Source: Acidobacteriota bacterium
GTDB taxonomy: Bacteria; Acidobacteriota; UBA890; WLXD01
Assembly: GCA_965205505.1 (NCBI GenBank)
Contig: CBDBHB010000009.1
Coordinates: forward strand, 256,001 to 320,000
Length of the DNA stretch: 64,000 nt
Direction of reading: 5' to 3'
Shown here: piece by piece, positions 22,847 to 33,081 of the stretch
Layout: each line of letters starts with the position of its first letter
Position numbering within the stretch: the first letter of the stretch is position 1
Made by a program: the position numbers and the translations under genes
The notes under the pieces: model-generated
What the model was told of the DNA's origin: nothing
Databases searched by the model: none
Seen by the model: only the letters and a program-made list of their open reading frames with translations

Positions 22847-22960
22847 GGCGAGCCCTTGGCGCGCGGCGCTCCCTGAACGCCGAAGAAGCGGGGGCCGGAC
22901 CAATGGGCGCCGATGATACGCCGGGCGATACTGCTCAAGGAGCGATACAGCTTACCCCGA
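22843..22960 (-). pseudogene. DUF2924 C-terminal fragment
   Basis: GKLYRSLSSIARRIIGAHWSGPRFFG lies directly upstream of the recombinase. Confidence 0.8.
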
Positions 22961-23225
22961 GTCCGATCCCCGCCGTCCAGGCTTCGCGGCGGTAGCCTAG
23001 CCGCCAGAGCCGCCGACACCCGAGGGCGAGCGGCAGGCCGCAGGGCGCGACCACGATCAGGGATTGCGCCGCCATTAGCATCATCATCAGCCACATCTCT
23101 GGCTCCGCCCACGGCCCGTTCCCAGGCGCGAAGCGCACCCACGCGGTCGCGACCACTCCTGCTGGCAGCCACAGCAGCGCCAGTGGCCAGAAGCCCTGCT
23201 GCCCGATGAGTCTCCGCTTTCCCAT
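22960..23225 (-). pseudogene. Membrane protein N-terminal fragment fused to the DUF2924 remnant
   Basis: Hydrophobic segments FWPLALLWLPAGVVA and LIVVAPCGLPLAL. Confidence 0.45.
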
Positions 23226-23245
23226 GCCTCAGCTAACTCCAACCC

Positions 23246-24013
23246 TCAATCGCTTGGAGGCCCGTGTCCGCCTACTTCTAGCTCTTCGAAGGTCAGATTC
23301 AGGATCCGATACTCCGACCAGTTTCGGTAGTCGAAGTGCCACCATTCGTATGCGTAGATGGTGAATCCCTGCTTCTCCATCGCTCTTGTGAGGCGATTCC
23401 TGTTGTCCCGCTCCTGGGCGGTCAAACCCTGGTAATCGGGGTAAGATCGCTCAGTGAATTCGTCGTACCCGCTCCCCATCGCAGCTGGCCGGCCCGATTC
23501 CAGATGATAAAGGGTCAGATCGACGGCTGCCCCACGGTTGTGCCGTGAGCCGGAAGCTGGATCGGCCACGAACTGCCGAAGATTCTCGGGGGTTCCCTCC
23601 CAGAACATCCAGGTGACGTACCAGGGACGGTAGGCGTCGAAGATCATCAAGCCAAAGCCCTGCTGCTGCAAATCCTTATGCGCTGCGATCAGGGCTTCGG
23701 CCACCGGCCGCTGGAGATAGGCTTTGGCCTGCCGGTAAAAGGGTGTGCCCATAAAGTTGTTGCTTCCTGCGTAGCGGATATCGAATCGCAGCTCTGAATC
23801 CAGCAGCGAAAGATCGACCAGATCGGGTCGCAGTCGCTGTCCCTCTTCCACGGGTGGAGTAGCCGCGAGCGCTTCGACTTCCAGCTGCTCAGCCGGTCTC
23901 TGGGGCTGAATCCGGAAAGGGAGTACGTCGCCAGGCTGGCCGCAACCAAGAATGACAAGGAGCAGCACGAGGGTTGCGGTGACCCGAAAGCGAATCGAGC
24001 AGAGTTGGGACAT
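23246..24013 (-). CDS. D-Ala-D-Ala dipeptidase (M15D, DdpX/VanX family), lipoprotein
   Basis: DAYRP, SRHNRGAAVD, EWWHF; ILGC lipobox. Confidence 0.92.
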   Translation of the reverse strand: MSQLCSIRFRVTATLVLLLVILGCGQPGDVLPFRIQPQRPAEQLEVEALAATPPVEEGQRLRPDLVDLSLLDSELRFDIRYAGSNNFMGTPFYRQAKAYLQRPVAEALIAAHKDLQQQGFGLMIFDAYRPWYVTWMFWEGTPENLRQFVADPASGSRHNRGAAVDLTLYHLESGRPAAMGSGYDEFTERSYPDYQGLTAQERDNRNRLTRAMEKQGFTIYAYEWWHFDYRNWSEYRILNLTFEELEVGGHGPPSD

Positions 24014-24157
24014 TTTCTCTCAGCGAGCAAAGGACATGATCCAGCTTGCGAAATACTACAGGCTGCGACGGCCCGAACGGCCGGTGGCCACGTTGTTGCG
24101 CGTGCGCTCCGTGCACGCAGTCGTTGAGACACCGACAGGGCACCGCCCGCACCCTCC

Positions 24158-24217
24158 CACTAGGTTCAGGACCTAGTGAGCTTCGGCCCGTGGAGGTTCA
24201 AGTCCCTCCTTGGGTAC
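24158..24217 (+). tRNA. Partial tRNA-Leu(CAG), 3' part only (att relic)
   Basis: CTAGG-TTCAGGA-CCTAG anticodon arm, variable arm, GGTTCAAGTCC T-arm, CCTTGGGTAC. No D-arm. Confidence 0.85.
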
Positions 24218-24466
24218 TACTCGTAAGTTACTCTGTACAAGGGAGATCCGATCGACAAAAGGCCAGATGTCGGCGCTCACGTTCCGAACTGAACGTTCAG
24301 CGATCTAACATCCATCTAACATTTCGGCGCTGGTCCGGTGTCAACAGGGCTGAGCCTGGTGCGATTCTCCGAGGTAATCTTCTTCCGTCGACGGTTCCCG
24401 CCTTCTTTCTGGCCGGGTTGCTCCCGAGGATTTCGCTTCAGGACGCGTTACCCTTCGCGCATTCGC

Positions 24467-25966
24467 CTACCTCACCTTGGAGCGGACCGACTTGCTGGCC
24501 GCCTGTATAGCGCCGTCCGTCGGCGTCACGGTGCACTCTAGGCGGTCGCCCTTGGTGAACAGGTCGGTGGCGAGGGCGTCGGAGTGCGCTGCGATGGTGA
24601 CGTCGCGTACAACCCTGCCGTCTACTTTCCACACGTACCGGTACGAGACGACGTCGTAGTCGGGGTCGTCGGTCACCAGCGGGTACTTGAGCTCGCACAA
24701 TGGCACTCTGTGGGCCTTCGGCTTGTTGCGAAACCTGACCCTCTTGAGCGCCACCGGCGCCCGGTTCAGGTCAGCATCTCGCTTGGTCATGACCTCGTAG
24801 GGCATCGTGGCGAGCTTCTTGCCGTTGACGTGCAGCTCGAGTTTCCAGGTGCCGGTGAAGACGCGCATGCCGTTGACGATCCAGCGCTGCCTCCACCAGC
24901 TGTAGTGGAGAGAATCGATGTTGCCGAGCTCACGCGCGCCAGTGTCCAACGCGACGGAGTTATTGGGCCGCCGGAACACCACCCGCTGGATGCTGTTGGC
25001 CGGTAGGTTCTGCAGCAGGAACCAGATGTAGAGCCATTCATCGTCGGTCTGAAACTGGCCCGACGAGGGCAGTTGCTCGGGCGGCAGCTTGTCCTCGGGT
25101 AGCGTACGGAGCTCTTGGTGGGTGATCCCGGCGTCGAACAGGTAGGTGTTGCGCTTGAACTTGAGCTGCTTCACGAAGCCGCTGGCGCCCGGGTTGCAGC
25201 GGCCTGCGAACGGCTCGGTAGTAACCCGATTCACCCAGGTCTCGAAATGCAGGTGCGGTCCGGTACTGTAGCCGCTCGAGGCCGTCATGCCGATGCTCTG
25301 CCCGGCCACGACGTCATCGCCCATCTTGACCGCGACGCTGCCTTTGCGCATGTGCCAGTACAGCGACAGCTGACCGCCTCCGTGGCTGATGATGACGTAG
25401 TTGGCGGGCTTGTACGTCAGCGTCGTCGAGCGGTCGGGATTACCGTCCTGAGCAGCGACCACGCGTCCGTCCAGCGCGGCGTAGATCGGCACCCCGATGT
25501 CCTGGAACGCGAAGCTCCGCACGTCAGAGTCGTGTCCCTGGTGCCCATCATAGGTGTAGTCGGTGCAATTCCAATCCAAGATGGCGGCATCTCCTTGAGT
25601 CGGGTCCAGGTCGACGAAGCCAGAAAAGAACAGGTCGCCTTCGTGCACCCCGGCCTGCGGGTAAAAGGGGTAGCGGGTCGAGATGTCAGTTTTGGTTGCC
25701 GGCGGCAACCCGTAGGTGCGCTCGTACGCGTCGAGCGCAGCGTGGACCCTCGCGTACTCGGCCACGGTGATGTCGGAGCCAAGCGTGGCACGCTGTTCGG
25801 GCGACAGCTCCGACGTGTAACCCTGCCATCGTCCCCGACCGTCCGGCACGATCAACTCGCCGGATCCGATCAGGCGGTGTCTGGCGGCGTGCTGCCCAGC
25901 GGCGTTGCCCGATGGCGACACGAGCGCTAGCGATACGACGACCAGGTAAATCCCGAGTCTTGTCAT
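24467..25966 (-). CDS. Secreted M23 metallopeptidase with C-terminal Ig-like domains
   Basis: HQGHD, YWHM, STGPHLHF; signal peptide from the ATG at 25966. Confidence 0.9.
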   Translation of the reverse strand: MTRLGIYLVVVSLALVSPSGNAAGQHAARHRLIGSGELIVPDGRGRWQGYTSELSPEQRATLGSDITVAEYARVHAALDAYERTYGLPPATKTDISTRYPFYPQAGVHEGDLFFSGFVDLDPTQGDAAILDWNCTDYTYDGHQGHDSDVRSFAFQDIGVPIYAALDGRVVAAQDGNPDRSTTLTYKPANYVIISHGGGQLSLYWHMRKGSVAVKMGDDVVAGQSIGMTASSGYSTGPHLHFETWVNRVTTEPFAGRCNPGASGFVKQLKFKRNTYLFDAGITHQELRTLPEDKLPPEQLPSSGQFQTDDEWLYIWFLLQNLPANSIQRVVFRRPNNSVALDTGARELGNIDSLHYSWWRQRWIVNGMRVFTGTWKLELHVNGKKLATMPYEVMTKRDADLNRAPVALKRVRFRNKPKAHRVPLCELKYPLVTDDPDYDVVSYRYVWKVDGRVVRDVTIAAHSDALATDLFTKGDRLECTVTPTDGAIQAASKSVRSKVR

Positions 25967-26019
25967 GGTTGCGGAGCTATAGTGCCGGACCCGACACCAC
26001 GCTACATCGCTGTGGTGCT

Positions 26020-26315
26020 CGGCCCGTTCGTTTGCTAAGCGGATGGAGTTCCTGCGCTCGAGTGGCAAAGACCCGGCTACCGTGATGGCGGAGACGACGG
26101 CAGCATTCGAGCAGAGCTGGAGCAATCTTGACGAACGTTTGAACCTAGTGCCTGGCAAGAGCCTACTGAGTGCCCTACGTGGGGTGCTTCAGGATCGCCA
26201 TCGGGTCACGATTACCAATCTCCGTATTCAGCGAGAGTTTCGACGCGACGAAGTCCCAGACAACTTGCGCAAACTGTTGATATCCCTTGATGGCTTCGCT
26301 AAGCAAGAGCCGTAG
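26020..26315 (+). pseudogene. C-terminal fragment, probably of an AAA/OLD-type ATP-dependent nuclease
   Basis: FEQSW...RLNLVPGKSLLSAL...EVPDNLRKLL pattern; no N-terminus. Confidence 0.4.
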
Positions 26316-26755
26316 CCCCAGGTTGCTGCTGGTGCAGCCGTCGCCGAAGTCGAAGCTCGTCGGAACGACATCTACCAACGATATGTGCGCACCGACGCTG
26401 ATCGGGCCCACTACGTGACGGTGAGTCGGGTGTTCATCGTGGCGTTTCTCGTGATCGCCTATGTCCTCAGCGCCTACTCTTTCGAGTACCTGGTGGTGCT
26501 CGTAACCCTGTCGGGCTGCCGTCTTTCATTGCCTGTTGCCGGCCGACGAATGGGTCCTCTTGCGCACCAGCCTTCTTCAGATCATCGATCTCGAGCAGGC
26601 AACCCAAGCCCGGGCGATTCACCGCTCCGTAGCGGTGCCAGCCTCCGAACGCGCAATGCTGGCCCTGATCAAGGGGCCTGCGATGGGCGCCGCGCGACCG
26701 CACCAGCCAGTGAACGGCCTACGGGTGACTCCGGGAACCGATTTGCCGAACCAGG

Positions 26756-27199
26756 ACCTGGCCCAGCACTCTGCAGGCCCGCCTCTCGGACACCCCCAGC
26801 GACTGCTGCGCGTGTTGCACCGCCCGGCTCCGCCGCGCCGGGCTCAGAAGTTTCCCGACGTCACCTCTTTAAGGATGGCGTTGTCGAGCATCGTCTCCGC
26901 CAGGAGTTTCTTGAGCCGCCCGTTCTCGCGCTCCAGCTCCTTGAGCCGCCGCGCCTGATCCACTCTCAGGCCGCCGTACTCCTTACGCCATCGGTACTAC
27001 GTGTTCTCGCTGATGCCCAGCTTCCGGCACGCCTCCGGCGTCTTGGCTCCTTGCGCCAGCTCGATCTCTGCCTCCCTGAGCTTGGCGATGATCTGCTCTA
27101 CCGTGTACCGCTTCCGGGCCATTTCTCCCCCTTCCCGAGCCATCCTGAGAGTCTCAAATCCTAACTCTCAAACTGGCCCGACTATTGGGGGTCAGGTCA
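26756..27199 (-). mobile_element. IS407-group remnant (frameshifted orfA, start of orfB)
   Basis: End GGGGTCAGGTCA; MARKRYTVEQIIAKLREAE; close relative of 43042-44009. Confidence 0.88.
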
Positions 27200-27285
27200 G
27201 CCGATGTAGTAGTCGAGGAAGATCCGCCGGCCACCGCCCGGTCTTCCTACGCTACTTGGCCGGTGCTGCAGGATCTTCTGAGTGC

Positions 27286-27680
27286 TCATGCCCCTGCCCA
27301 AGCCTCCGACAACACCTCCGCCTGCTCCAGGACCGTCTGCGTTGCCTTCTCCTGCTTGTCCGGCGGGTATCCGTGCTTCCGTAGGATCCGCTTCACGTAA
27401 ACGCGGAGCTGTGCGCGGACGTTCTCACGGATTGTCCAGTCAATCGTGACGTTTCTCCGCACGGTCTCGACCAGCTCTCGTGCGATCGTCTTCAGGGTCT
27501 CGTGACCGAGGACCTGCACGGGGCGCTGTCGTTGGTCTCGAGGGCGTCGTAGAACGCCACTTCGTCCTCCGAGAGCCCCAGTTCCTCGCCGCGAGCACCC
27601 GCCGCCCGCATGTCCTTGGCGAGCTGGATCAGCTCCTCGATCACCTGCGCTGCCTCGATCGCGCGATTCTGATACTTCCG
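27286..27680 (-). pseudogene. hsdR: Type I HsdR C-terminal (DUF3387) fragment, frameshifted
   Basis: [17 protein letters not shown]...[12 protein letters not shown] / [46 protein letters not shown]. Confidence 0.88.
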
Positions 27681-27953
27681 GACCGCCGCGACCGACGTCG
27701 CGGCCGTCCCGAGCATCAAGGCCGCAGGATTCGCTTCTAACGGCCGCCGCCGGAGATCTCGCTGCGGCCCTTGCGGGTTGATCCAGGCCGGCGCCCGCGA
27801 GAAGCAGGGAAGCCGGGGGCGGGCCTTGTTATCTGGCTTCGCTGTGCCGAGTCTGCGCCTCATGGTGCAGCATGACTGCTAAGACCTTTTTCGATCGCTC
27901 CCAGGCAGCCACTGCCATTGGCAAAGTGGAACGAGGATCGGGAGCCATCTGCC

Positions 27954-28066
27954 TGAGCAGTGAACTCCGGTCCGTTATCCGACCGGATGTGCTCTGGTAT
28001 GCCCCGGTGCACGAACAACCACCCGAGCCGCTCCAGCACGCTCTCGGAGTTGAGCTTCCGTGCCAC
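27954..28066 (-). pseudogene. IS407 orfB fragment
   Basis: [36 protein letters not shown]. Confidence 0.85.
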
Positions 28067-28099
28067 GGGCTCGGCCGGTAGCGGTATTCCGGATCACCA

Positions 28100-28294
28100 G
28101 ATCGATCTGGAACGTCGGAAAAGTCGAACCACGGAAAGTGACCCGGTTCCGGTATCCTTTGTCCGAACTCGAACCCGGGGGGCTTCGAACTCGGGCAGCA
28201 AGGCAGCGAGCGCGGCGAGGCGCTCATGCATCGTCGCTTTGCTGCCAGGCCCGTCGCGGGGTTCGATCGTCGGCCAGGTATCAGGTTGTTTCAC
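28100..28294 (-). pseudogene. DUF6508-like N-terminal fragment
   Basis: ERLAALAALLPEFEAP, frameshift, GFEFG. Confidence 0.45.
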
Positions 28295-28587
28295 TTGCGT
28301 TCTCCGTGCAGCGCCGATCGCCCGCTCCGTTCACCCGCGGCCGGCGGCGCTTCGACGGCGACCGCGAGTCCGTCCGTTTATGCCGCGCCTAACAGAACAC
28401 AATCACACACCGAAACAGGGGGCGGTCGACGTCGCGCTTCCGGGGCCAGAGGAACCGAACGGCCCGGTACGCAGCCATTCACATCGTTGCCATCGCGTTG
28501 GCGACCTGGCGGACGTGGGCCTCGCGAAGTTCGAGCCATGCTCGATTGTGAAGCCCGCCCCCTGGAACATCCCGCGAGCATTCATCT

Positions 28588-28683
28588 GAAGCTCAGAGAC
28601 GAGCTGCTGAACGCAGAGATCTCTACACGCTCGCCGAGGCAAAGGCCTTGGTGCAAGGCTGGCGACGTGAGTATAACCGTGAG
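28588..28683 (+). pseudogene. IS407 orfB 3' fragment
   Basis: [11 protein letters not shown]...TLAEAKALVQGWRREYNR. Confidence 0.75.
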
Positions 28684-28876
28684 GGGCAGGGTCGTCGGTT
28701 GTTGCGCGCCGCATCGTGGTCCCGCTGTGCGGAGTGTGGTGCAGATGGCCTCGGGCGCTGCGCCGCTAGCGGGGTGCTGTGGCGCGTCGGTGCGGCAGTA
28801 GGTTGCGGCGGCGATCGACGGCGACTCCGATCAGCGAGCGCAGGGAGATAATCGCTGCGCCAGCGGGACTTTCCGC

Positions 28877-28914
28877 GGTAGCGGGGGCAGGATTTGAACC
28901 TGCGACCTTTCGGT
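28877..28914 (-). tRNA. Partial tRNA 3' end (initiator-Met-like; att relic)
   Basis: Reverse complement ACCGAAAGGTCGCAGGTTCAAATCCTGCCCCCGCTACC is a T-arm plus 3' acceptor strand resembling tRNA-fMet. The anticodon is absent. Confidence 0.75.
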
Positions 28915-28919
28915 GGAGA

Positions 28920-29393
28920 TTACGGCAGGGCCGCCACCGTAGCGTAGATCTCCGCGTAGTCCGGCGCAACGCCGAGGCTCTCCGCGACCCAGTGATAACG
29001 GACCACACCATCCTTGTCGACGATGGTCACGGCGCGGTTGGCGGCGACGTATCCCGGCAAGCCGCCCAACGCCGGGAACGCCACGCCATAGGCATGCACG
29101 ACGTCCCGGTTGTAGTCGCTGAGGAAAGTGTAGTCGACGCCATGCGCGGCCTTCCACGCGTCGAGCGCGAAGGGCGGGTCGACCGTGATGCCGATGATCT
29201 CGGCATTCATAGCGCTGAACTGATCGATGCGGTCGCGAAGCGCGCACATCTCCGTCGTGCACACGCTGGTGAAGGCGCCGGGGAAAAAGGCGAGCACAAC
29301 GTTTCTACCACGGTATTCGCTGAGGCTGCGCTGTTGCTCCAGGGTCTCATGTAGCGTGAAATCGGGAGCGGGCTGCCCTACGGTAATGGCCAT
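28920..29393 (-). CDS. Peroxiredoxin (AhpC/TSA, AhpE-like)
   Basis: APDFTL, FFPGAFTSVCTTEMC, FLSDYN; AGGAG RBS. Confidence 0.93.
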   Translation of the reverse strand: MAITVGQPAPDFTLHETLEQQRSLSEYRGRNVVLAFFPGAFTSVCTTEMCALRDRIDQFSAMNAEIIGITVDPPFALDAWKAAHGVDYTFLSDYNRDVVHAYGVAFPALGGLPGYVAANRAVTIVDKDGVVRYHWVAESLGVAPDYAEIYATVAALP

Positions 29394-29534
29394 TGACCAA
29401 ACTCCTGATCGGGATTGCCGGTGAATAGCCTAATGGTCTCGGCATACACATCGGCTCCGAGCGCAAGGCTCTGACGAAGACGAGGAACTCGCCGACAACC
29501 GACCGAGATATTACTGCACCGCAAGGCTGGACGC

Positions 29535-29954
29535 GTGATGCGGCGCGCACGTGGCGTTTACGACGAAGGGCGGATGTCGATGGCTCTGGCCGGTGCATCG
29601 TGTCGGGAGATCGGTAAGCGCCTCGATGTGCACCACTCGACGGTGGCCCGCGACATCAAGGCTCGGCTCGCCGAGATGTCCAAGTGGTGTCCGTCGACCG
29701 CGACCTACCGCGAGCTTCACCGGCAGCGCATCGAGAAGCTCCTGACCACCTGGTGGCTGCGGGCACTCGAGGACAACCAAGCTCTCGAGGCCGTGATCCG
29801 TCTACTGTCCCGCGAGGCCAAACTCCTTGGGCTCGATGAGCCCAATCGGCTCGAGCACAGCGGCGAGGTCGAGGTACGGCCCGACCTGTCGGTGCTGTCG
29901 GATGCGGACCTGGAGGCCCTGCGAGCGTACGCTCGGGATGTGGCGACGCCCTGA
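29535..29954 (+). CDS. Phage HTH protein, terminase small subunit-like
   Basis: GASCREIGKRLDVHHSTVARD...REAKLLGLDEP.RLEHSG...DLSVLSDADL. Confidence 0.65.
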   Translation: MMRRARGVYDEGRMSMALAGASCREIGKRLDVHHSTVARDIKARLAEMSKWCPSTATYRELHRQRIEKLLTTWWLRALEDNQALEAVIRLLSREAKLLGLDEPNRLEHSGEVEVRPDLSVLSDADLEALRAYARDVATP

Positions 29955-30024
29955 TGGGCGGGTCGGCGGCGTCTGCAGTTCGGCTGTCAACTCTGGGTCG
30001 CCGAGCGGTCGATCACCCGGACTG

Positions 30025-30255
30025 GAGGCCACATCGTCTCCCGATGACGCGCCTCGCGGTATGGATTTCCTGTACGATCCGAATCGCCTGAACGTTGCCA
30101 CCAGCCGCGCCCGCTGCGCGTGTGTCCTCGTTGTGAGCCCGCGGCTCCTTAGCCCCGAATGCAAGAGCCCGGCGCAGATGAAGCTCGCGAACGCCCTGTG
30201 CCGCTACAATGAGCTTGCGCGTCAGATCACCACACCGGCCTCGAGAATGGCCTAG
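30025..30255 (+). pseudogene. TM0106-family RecB nuclease/SF1 helicase C-terminal fragment
   Basis: SSPDDAPRGMDFLYDPNRLNVATSRARC...QMKLANALCRY. Confidence 0.8.
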
Positions 30256-30388
30256 AACAGTGCAACCTTGACGAGCGTCGACACGAACCCCTTCGGCAAG
30301 CGCGATGTGCACAGGCGGTAGCGAACAGGAGGCATCTCGTTCTTGCTGACAGAGAACACTGCGGGCACACGTCGAAACTTCGCGGACT

Positions 30389-31087
30389 CTAGGCGAGGAT
30401 CTGCATGACCAGTCCGTGCCCATCGAACTCAGTTGAGGACGGCAGCTTGATGGCCGTTCCGTCGTCGATACGGCGCGCTGTCCAAAGTGCTGCGAGCGCG
30501 TCGAGGATGTCGTCGTCGTTGGCAGCTGCCCGCGGAATCTCGGCACGAATGCCATGAACCACGGCGCCAAAGGTATTCTCCACGAGCTCATGGCGCTCAA
30601 TGAAGCCGAAGCCGGACGCCTTCGGATGAGCCATAGGTATGCGACCATTCCAGAAGTAGAAGCTGACTTCGGGGTGTGCTTCTCGAACCATCCCCGCCAA
30701 CCTCGGTGACCTCCGCAGTACGGCGTTCACCTCACGAATCCTGGATAGAATCGCGAACGCCTGTTTCGAGAGACGCTTCCCACAAGCGGCCTCGTTGGCT
30801 TCGCACGCAGCCTCGTAGGTATCAGCGTTGAGGGCAGCATAGACGGGCGGCGAAAACACACTGCTTCGTCTCGGCCCTAGAAGACTTCGGGCCTCTCGGT
30901 CACAGGCGCGTGGCCGGTCTGTCGATAGGGCGATCGGGATATCGATCGCCGTTACTTCTGCCAGCGTGTCGCCAAAGAGCGCATCGGCACTACCGAAAAC
31001 GTCCACGGAGATATCGTCCGTGTTCGAATCCTGCGACACGCAGAGCCAACCTGCTCGACAGCCGTCTACACCACGGATGAGCGCCAC
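30389..31087 (-). CDS. DUF429 predicted RNase H-like nuclease
   Basis: GVDGCRAGW, IDIPIAL, R.CDREAR, EAHPEVSF, DDILDA. Confidence 0.9.
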   Translation of the reverse strand: MALIRGVDGCRAGWLCVSQDSNTDDISVDVFGSADALFGDTLAEVTAIDIPIALSTDRPRACDREARSLLGPRRSSVFSPPVYAALNADTYEAACEANEAACGKRLSKQAFAILSRIREVNAVLRRSPRLAGMVREAHPEVSFYFWNGRIPMAHPKASGFGFIERHELVENTFGAVVHGIRAEIPRAAANDDDILDALAALWTARRIDDGTAIKLPSSTEFDGHGLVMQILA

Positions 31088-31107
31088 CTGTTCCTAATTT
31101 TAAGCTG

Positions 31108-32718
31108 CTATGAACTCGACGCAGCAACGGCAGTTCCCACCCGACGCCAAGACTCTACGTTCCTCAAATTGAGCCGCATCCCGCTGATATCGTCCAGAAA
31201 ACTCGTTACATCGTCCGTGCGAAAGATCAAACCCGCGCCATCACCTGGCCAAACCTCGGTATCCTCCTTGTTGTCGAGCTTCAGATCGCGTCCGCCTACC
31301 CTAACGCGCATGTCCTTGACCTTGTCTTTTTCACCGAGCAGCGGGGTCGTTTCGATAGATCCGAGAAGCTCAAGCCCTCTGCCCTCTCCTGCAAGCGTTA
31401 CAGACTGAAGGACGAACTCAACACGCGCTACGAGATTTCCTTGTCGATTCAGACCTTCGAAAATCCATCCCGGCGTTGGACGAATGCTTGCCGTTTCCGC
31501 TTTGTCGATCCGATCGGACATGTTTGGGTGACTGGAGAAGGCGTTTTGCTTGCCGACTTCGCCTCCCCGGACTTGTGCACTGTAGTTTATCTTGCTCAGA
31601 ATCTGAGCCATCGGACTGGGTCCCTGAGCAACCTCATGTGATTGTAGGTAGACCGTCGCTAGGGAATCCGACTCCATCTCAAAGGCTCGCGAATAACCTG
31701 ACAGCACGATCTCGGAGGCGATGCTCGATACCGCTGCTGTCAACGTAGCAAATGTCTGCGCGTCGCCGAGGTCGTCGCTCGTGGCCGCGCCGACCACCAC
31801 AGCTGCTACTGCTCCCCAGAAGGCGGCTTTCTGCGCGGACTTGAGCTTTCGGTATCCGTGTCGCATCTCGACATGGCCGATCTCATGGGCTAGCACAGCT
31901 TCGAGCTCCGCGTCGTCCTCCACCACGTCCAATAACCCTGTGGTGATAAACACGGGCCCACCTGGGCACGCGAACGCATTTGCATCGTCAGATCGGACAA
32001 GCTCGAAGGAGTAGCTGTAACCTTTCTTTAGAAGTGGCCAACTCGCGAGCGCACGGTTGCCGAGGGTCGTGATCCGTTCCTGCTGCAATTGATCGACGAC
32101 AACCGGATAGTAGAAACGGACTTGGGCGGAGCATTCAGCACCAAGGGCACGCTCGGTGAGGTAGTTGGAGACCCTGGGTGTCTCGTAGAAACACACGCCG
32201 CATCGGCGATGACCGGCGGCTAGTGCCTCATCCAGATCTATGTACTCTGACCGGTCCTCAGCTGGCGGCAGATGGTTGGATCCGGCGAAGTGCGCTACAT
32301 CTGTCTTGCGGTTGGCCACAACGGATTTGTAAAGATCAGGCTCGGCAGGATCCGAAAAAGCGTGCCAGAGAATCTGTCTAACTGCTTCGTCCTGGTCTCC
32401 GACTTCGCGAAGATCTGCTTCGATCTTCCCCTTGCCCAGCGTCTGATGCAAATATTCAACCGTGAGTCTGTTTCTCGATCTCTCCAACTTGGAGATACGG
32501 ACGCGCACGTTTTTCGGAACGGGAAACAACCGCGTATCAGCGTGCTCGTAGACCCCATAGCCATCAGACGTTTCCACGTAGACAACGCGGCTTGTGTTGA
32601 AGGTCTGCCGTAACACGACTTCTGCCCCTTGCTGGACTTGAGCGTGGGCGGGCTCATTCCACGTTCCAGAACCTCCAATAGCAACGAGCAATGCCACGGC
32701 GATCACGCGGTTCTTCAT
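31108..32718 (-). CDS. Secreted M48 metalloprotease with an Ada-like CxxC module
   Basis: NAFACPGG, AHEIGH, YSRAFE.ESD, SSHP; signal peptide from the ATG at 32718; EALAAGHRRCGVC. Confidence 0.88.
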   Translation of the reverse strand: MKNRVIAVALLVAIGGSGTWNEPAHAQVQQGAEVVLRQTFNTSRVVYVETSDGYGVYEHADTRLFPVPKNVRVRISKLERSRNRLTVEYLHQTLGKGKIEADLREVGDQDEAVRQILWHAFSDPAEPDLYKSVVANRKTDVAHFAGSNHLPPAEDRSEYIDLDEALAAGHRRCGVCFYETPRVSNYLTERALGAECSAQVRFYYPVVVDQLQQERITTLGNRALASWPLLKKGYSYSFELVRSDDANAFACPGGPVFITTGLLDVVEDDAELEAVLAHEIGHVEMRHGYRKLKSAQKAAFWGAVAAVVVGAATSDDLGDAQTFATLTAAVSSIASEIVLSGYSRAFEMESDSLATVYLQSHEVAQGPSPMAQILSKINYSAQVRGGEVGKQNAFSSHPNMSDRIDKAETASIRPTPGWIFEGLNRQGNLVARVEFVLQSVTLAGEGRGLELLGSIETTPLLGEKDKVKDMRVRVGGRDLKLDNKEDTEVWPGDGAGLIFRTDDVTSFLDDISGMRLNLRNVESWRRVGTAVAASSS

Positions 32719-32729
32719 GTCTAGTCTCC

Positions 32730-32777
32730 GAGCTATAGACGAGGGGGCAAAAAGAGCTATAGACGAGGGGGCAAAAA
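32730..32777. repeat. Perfect 24-bp tandem duplication
   Basis: GAGCTATAGACGAGGGGGCAAAAA twice. Confidence 0.95.
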
Positions 32778-33081
32778 TCTGGCCACCAACCTGTCCCTGG
32801 AGCGGCAAGTGTAGCAACGGAAGCCGTGGGGCGTGATCTGTCGTGCGACTCGCGCAGAGGCCTAGGAGCGGGCGGCATGCGTCGGTTAACGAGCCGGATT
32901 GTTGCGAGAGGTCCTCCACGTCGGCACGGGTGCACAGAGTGCATGGCAATGGACCACACCCTGAGTCGCAGGGGATCGCCGATCGGAGCGAGCCGCTATA
33001 GGCCTTCCCAGGTGCACTGGCACTGGGCGGGCAGGCAACCTGCGTGATCGCCCCAGGGCAGGGTCGCCTCGATGAGGCGTA

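Noticed and set aside
23246-24013. Vancomycin resistance cluster
   Set aside because: A lone lipoprotein M15D peptidase with no vanH/vanA/vanRS.
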